Source: the human T2T-CHM13v2.0 reference genome, Homo sapiens. From it: a DNA stretch of 64,000 nt. Each line of letters opens with the position of its first letter. Position 1 is the first letter of the stretch. The stretch lies in NCBI RefSeq assembly GCF_009914755.1, contig NC_060930.1. One strand, 5' to 3'. Shown in pieces: positions 60,745 through 64,000 of this stretch. The position numbers and the translations under genes are program-made. Below the pieces are notes generated by a model, which saw only the letters and a list, made by a program, of their open reading frames with translations, was not told where the DNA came from and searched no databases.

Positions 60745-62021
60745 CTACATTTGCTACTTATTTAAAATTCTCTGCTTTCCCCCTTAGTTGTAGGCAGCAA
60801 ACTGCATGAAACAGAAGAGATCTTGTCATTGCTAACACTCTGAGAGAGGAATGATCAGAGGACTTTGCCTACTCTCTAGCAAAAATTGGGTCAGGGTGGT
60901 GATGTTGGAGAACATCCAGAGAGACAATGGGTGGAGCTAGAGAAAAGAAGAGCAAGGTGAGGCCCCATGGCTTGCTAACAAGAAGAAAATACAGTCCTGG
61001 ATTAGAGGAGTGGTCCTAGGGTTTAGTAGTTTCATGTTTTCCCTCTATCCATGATGCCTGAGTGATAAATCTTTTTTCTTTAGATCTGTCAGGCTTCTGC
61101 TCCTTGGCCCCCTCTTGTGGGTAAGTATTTCCATCACTACAATTGCTTTCTGCAGTGATCACTCTCTACTCCATATTCCTGCTCCACCAAGTTCTTCCTC
61201 CTCATGAAGCATTATAGACTAACCAGAGGGCCCCCAGGGATCTCCGGACCACACTCGGGGGAAGCTCTGGCTCAGATGATGCATGACTAGGAAATAAAAT
61301 ACAGTATATCAAATAGTTGTCCTCACTTATCATATCCAAATGGTGACAGTTTCAAGGAAAAAATGCAGAAAACCTAGTAATACAATATACTTGCCTTAAA
61401 TATTACATCATCTTGCAGGAAAGGCAGTCTCATTTTTGTCATGTATGGGATGTATCTTAGTTAAGTGAGTTCTTTGCCCTTGGGTTTTGAGCTGTGGTAT
61501 GCCATAGATGAAAAATGAAAGTGTAACAGGCATTTCACTGTACCCAAAAAGTGGGTAACACCTCTTCTTATACTTTGTGTGAGCAGCTTCTGTACAGGTT
61601 TCTTTTTCTGTTGGGTAGAGTAGACGCATTTCCATAAAACCATAAAATCATTGAGTACAATTATTGTAGGTCATTTTGTAAATAATAATCTGGTTTGTAG
61701 AGGGTCTGAATCTCCCAACATTTTTTGTTTATAGCATCTGAATTTGACTAGAATGTGAGTGGAATTCAGTGGTAAATTGGCCATTTTTCCGTCAGTAGCA
61801 GCAATGAAACTTACACATTCTAGTGAAAACGTATCAGATTTCTGCACTGCAACACACAAATGCACATATTAATTTCCAAGAATGTCATTTGTCTCTGACA
61901 ATAAACATGTGTGCCTTTGGAGGAAGAAGCTATATGTGGATTTGTGAGTTCATAGTGAGAAAGAGAATTCTTCTTTTGTGGTAGATAAACAACATATATA
62001 TCCTAAATCTTGCTAATAGGC

Positions 62022-62385
62022 TGCTATGGACTGAACTGTGCCCTCCCTCAGATTCACATGTTGAAGCCCTAATCCTCAGTGTGGCTGTATTTGGAGATAG
62101 GGCCCAGAAGAGGTAATTAAGTTTAAATGAGGTCATGAGTGTGGAACCCTGATGATAAGATTAATGTCCTTATAAAGAGAGACAACTCCCCCACCCCCTG
62201 GCCTACCCTGTGCACACAGGAAAGGCCATGTGACAACATAGCCAGAAGTAACCTACAAGCCAGTAAAAGAGCTTTACCAGGCCTTGATCTGGTACTTCTA
62301 GCCACCTGAACAGTGAGAAAATAAATTTCTTTTGTTTAAGCCACCCAATATGGTACTTTGTTATGGAAACCCTAACATTAATGCA
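62022..62385 (+). mobile_element. MLT1A-like solo LTR
   Basis: tgctatggactgaactgtgcc...gtgagaaaataaatttc...ttgttatgg; perfect TSD taggc (62017-21, 62386-90). Confidence 0.9.
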
Positions 62386-64000
62386 TAGGCCAAATAAATA
62401 TTCTGGGAAATAACAGAGTCCTGTGTAGAAATTAGCTTTAGAAACACCCTAAGATATTGTGCATTTTGAAACATTTTGCCAACATGAAGTATTTTCACTA
62501 TCTGATTTTTATTTCAAAATTTGCCATCTTAAAAGTTCAAAATGTTTCAATATAGTACCTTCTAGATAATCTGCTCATAAGAACTAGTAAATTTATTATA
62601 TAATTCATCAAATCGCTAAGCTTTTTATTCGGAAGGAAGGATTATTGGAGAACTAACCCTTTGGAGGACTGCAAAGGATCAGAGTTGAATCTAGCATAGA
62701 AGATTTTTAGCAATGCTTTGGCTGTATCTCCATGGAGTAACCAAACTAAAGAGCCTCTGCATCATTTTTTCCCATCTTTGAGAGCTCAGTGTAAGGAGAT
62801 GAGCCATTGAGAGCTCTGAGAATAGATTCAGCCATTCCAAATTCTTGACTGCATGATTTATTTTTCAGACCTCTAGTGATGCTCTTCAATCTTAGGATAA
62901 TTGGTATAGTTTTATTTGTTAGCAATCTTTTCTCAGCAGATTTCTTAAGCGTAGTAGGATATGTCTGTCTCTGTCTCCATCTCAACCCCTACATTTACAT
63001 CTGCCTCTAGGTCTGTATCATGTGATAGTGTTCCTTAAATACACTTTCCTGAGAGATGCTGGTGGTGCCTCGCTTTTAAATATGCCACAATCCCCCCTCT
63101 CCATCTATGCCTCACTAAATCTGTTTTCTACTTGATCTATAGTAAATTGAAATCTTGAAATTAAAGTGCAGGTTGGTGACTTGCCACATATTCCAAAAAG
63201 CATCACAGAATCCAGAGAAATCAATGGAGGAATAAAGAAGCATGACCAATTTTGTCTCAAATTTATTCTTTCACAGCTGAACCACTTGCTGATAGGACAG
63301 TTGTTTGATTCTGAGATCCCTCATTTGCTCTATTTTCCAGTTTAGGTATTGCTGATTTGAAATGTACCAGTGTCTCAAGCTCAATGCAGCAAAGATCTGG
63401 AATCCTTCTCTTCTTTGAGGGAAGTGGAGGACCCCTCATGCACTGGCTGTGACCAATCAAGTTTTGCTCGATGCCAAAAAATTAAACACAGTAAGGCCAG
63501 GCCCTGTCAGCAAAGAGTTGATTGCTTTAAATAAGGGAGATTTCCTGAATGTTTAAATTGAAACTTCGACTTTGATTAAAGCAAAGAGAAGTACCAGGAT
63601 GGCTTCCTAACTATTTAGTTCCTAAAATTCCTGTGAGGTCTGGAGATGACAAATTCAATTCTGATGTGCTGTGTTTTACACTCTGCAGACTGTAGTAAAA
63701 GGGAAAACTAATCAAGCTTGGGTTTCCCATGGGCTGAGCTTTAAGATGTTTTCCTATTTAAAGCCATGGAAATATGTTAAAACCCACATAGGCACAGTGA
63801 AGTTTATATAAGGCAAAATCTATGTGACTATGTTTTTGCACAGTGTGCATATTTTGATTTTTCATTATTTTTGGTTTGTTTAATGGCTTATTTTGCTTAA
63901 AATTATATTCCTACAATAGTTTTATAATAAAAGATTGGAAAGAATGGTTTATAAATATATCTATACGTCTATTATACATATACACAATTTATATTGTAAA

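Noticed and set aside
62466-62550. 13-bp inverted repeat ttgaaacattttg with a 59-nt spacer (also 9-bp stems at about 41006 and 48808)
   Set aside because: Short and AT-rich; plausible by chance in 64 kb, and no TSD seen.

Overview
AT-rich primate (very probably human) intergenic or deep-intronic DNA with no CpG island and no recognisable protein-coding exon. About half is transposon-derived: a near-full-length L1PA6/7-type LINE-1 (8027-13583, minus), a near-complete Hsmar2 mariner (15653-16840), about 15 Alus including an Alu-in-Alu, several MaLR/MLT solo LTRs, old L1M/L2/MIR/MER5 fragments, and an RPL23A processed pseudogene that carries the long distal 3'UTR (24055-25011, minus). Nearly all ORFs in the track are repeat-derived or chance. 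I cannot support a new gene system. The most unusual signals are: (1) a near-perfect 36-42 bp inverted repeat at 39412-39508 with a third arm copy 150 bp away; (2) an L1 5' rearrangement in which an ORF2 fragment replaces the ORF1 start and antisense-promoter region while a 110-aa ORF0 frame stays open; (3) repeated short local templated copies or inversions (about 13.0k, 16.9k, 20.4k, 23.7k, 28.7k, 39.4k). Repeat subfamily names come from remembered consensus sequences, not from a RepeatMasker run.
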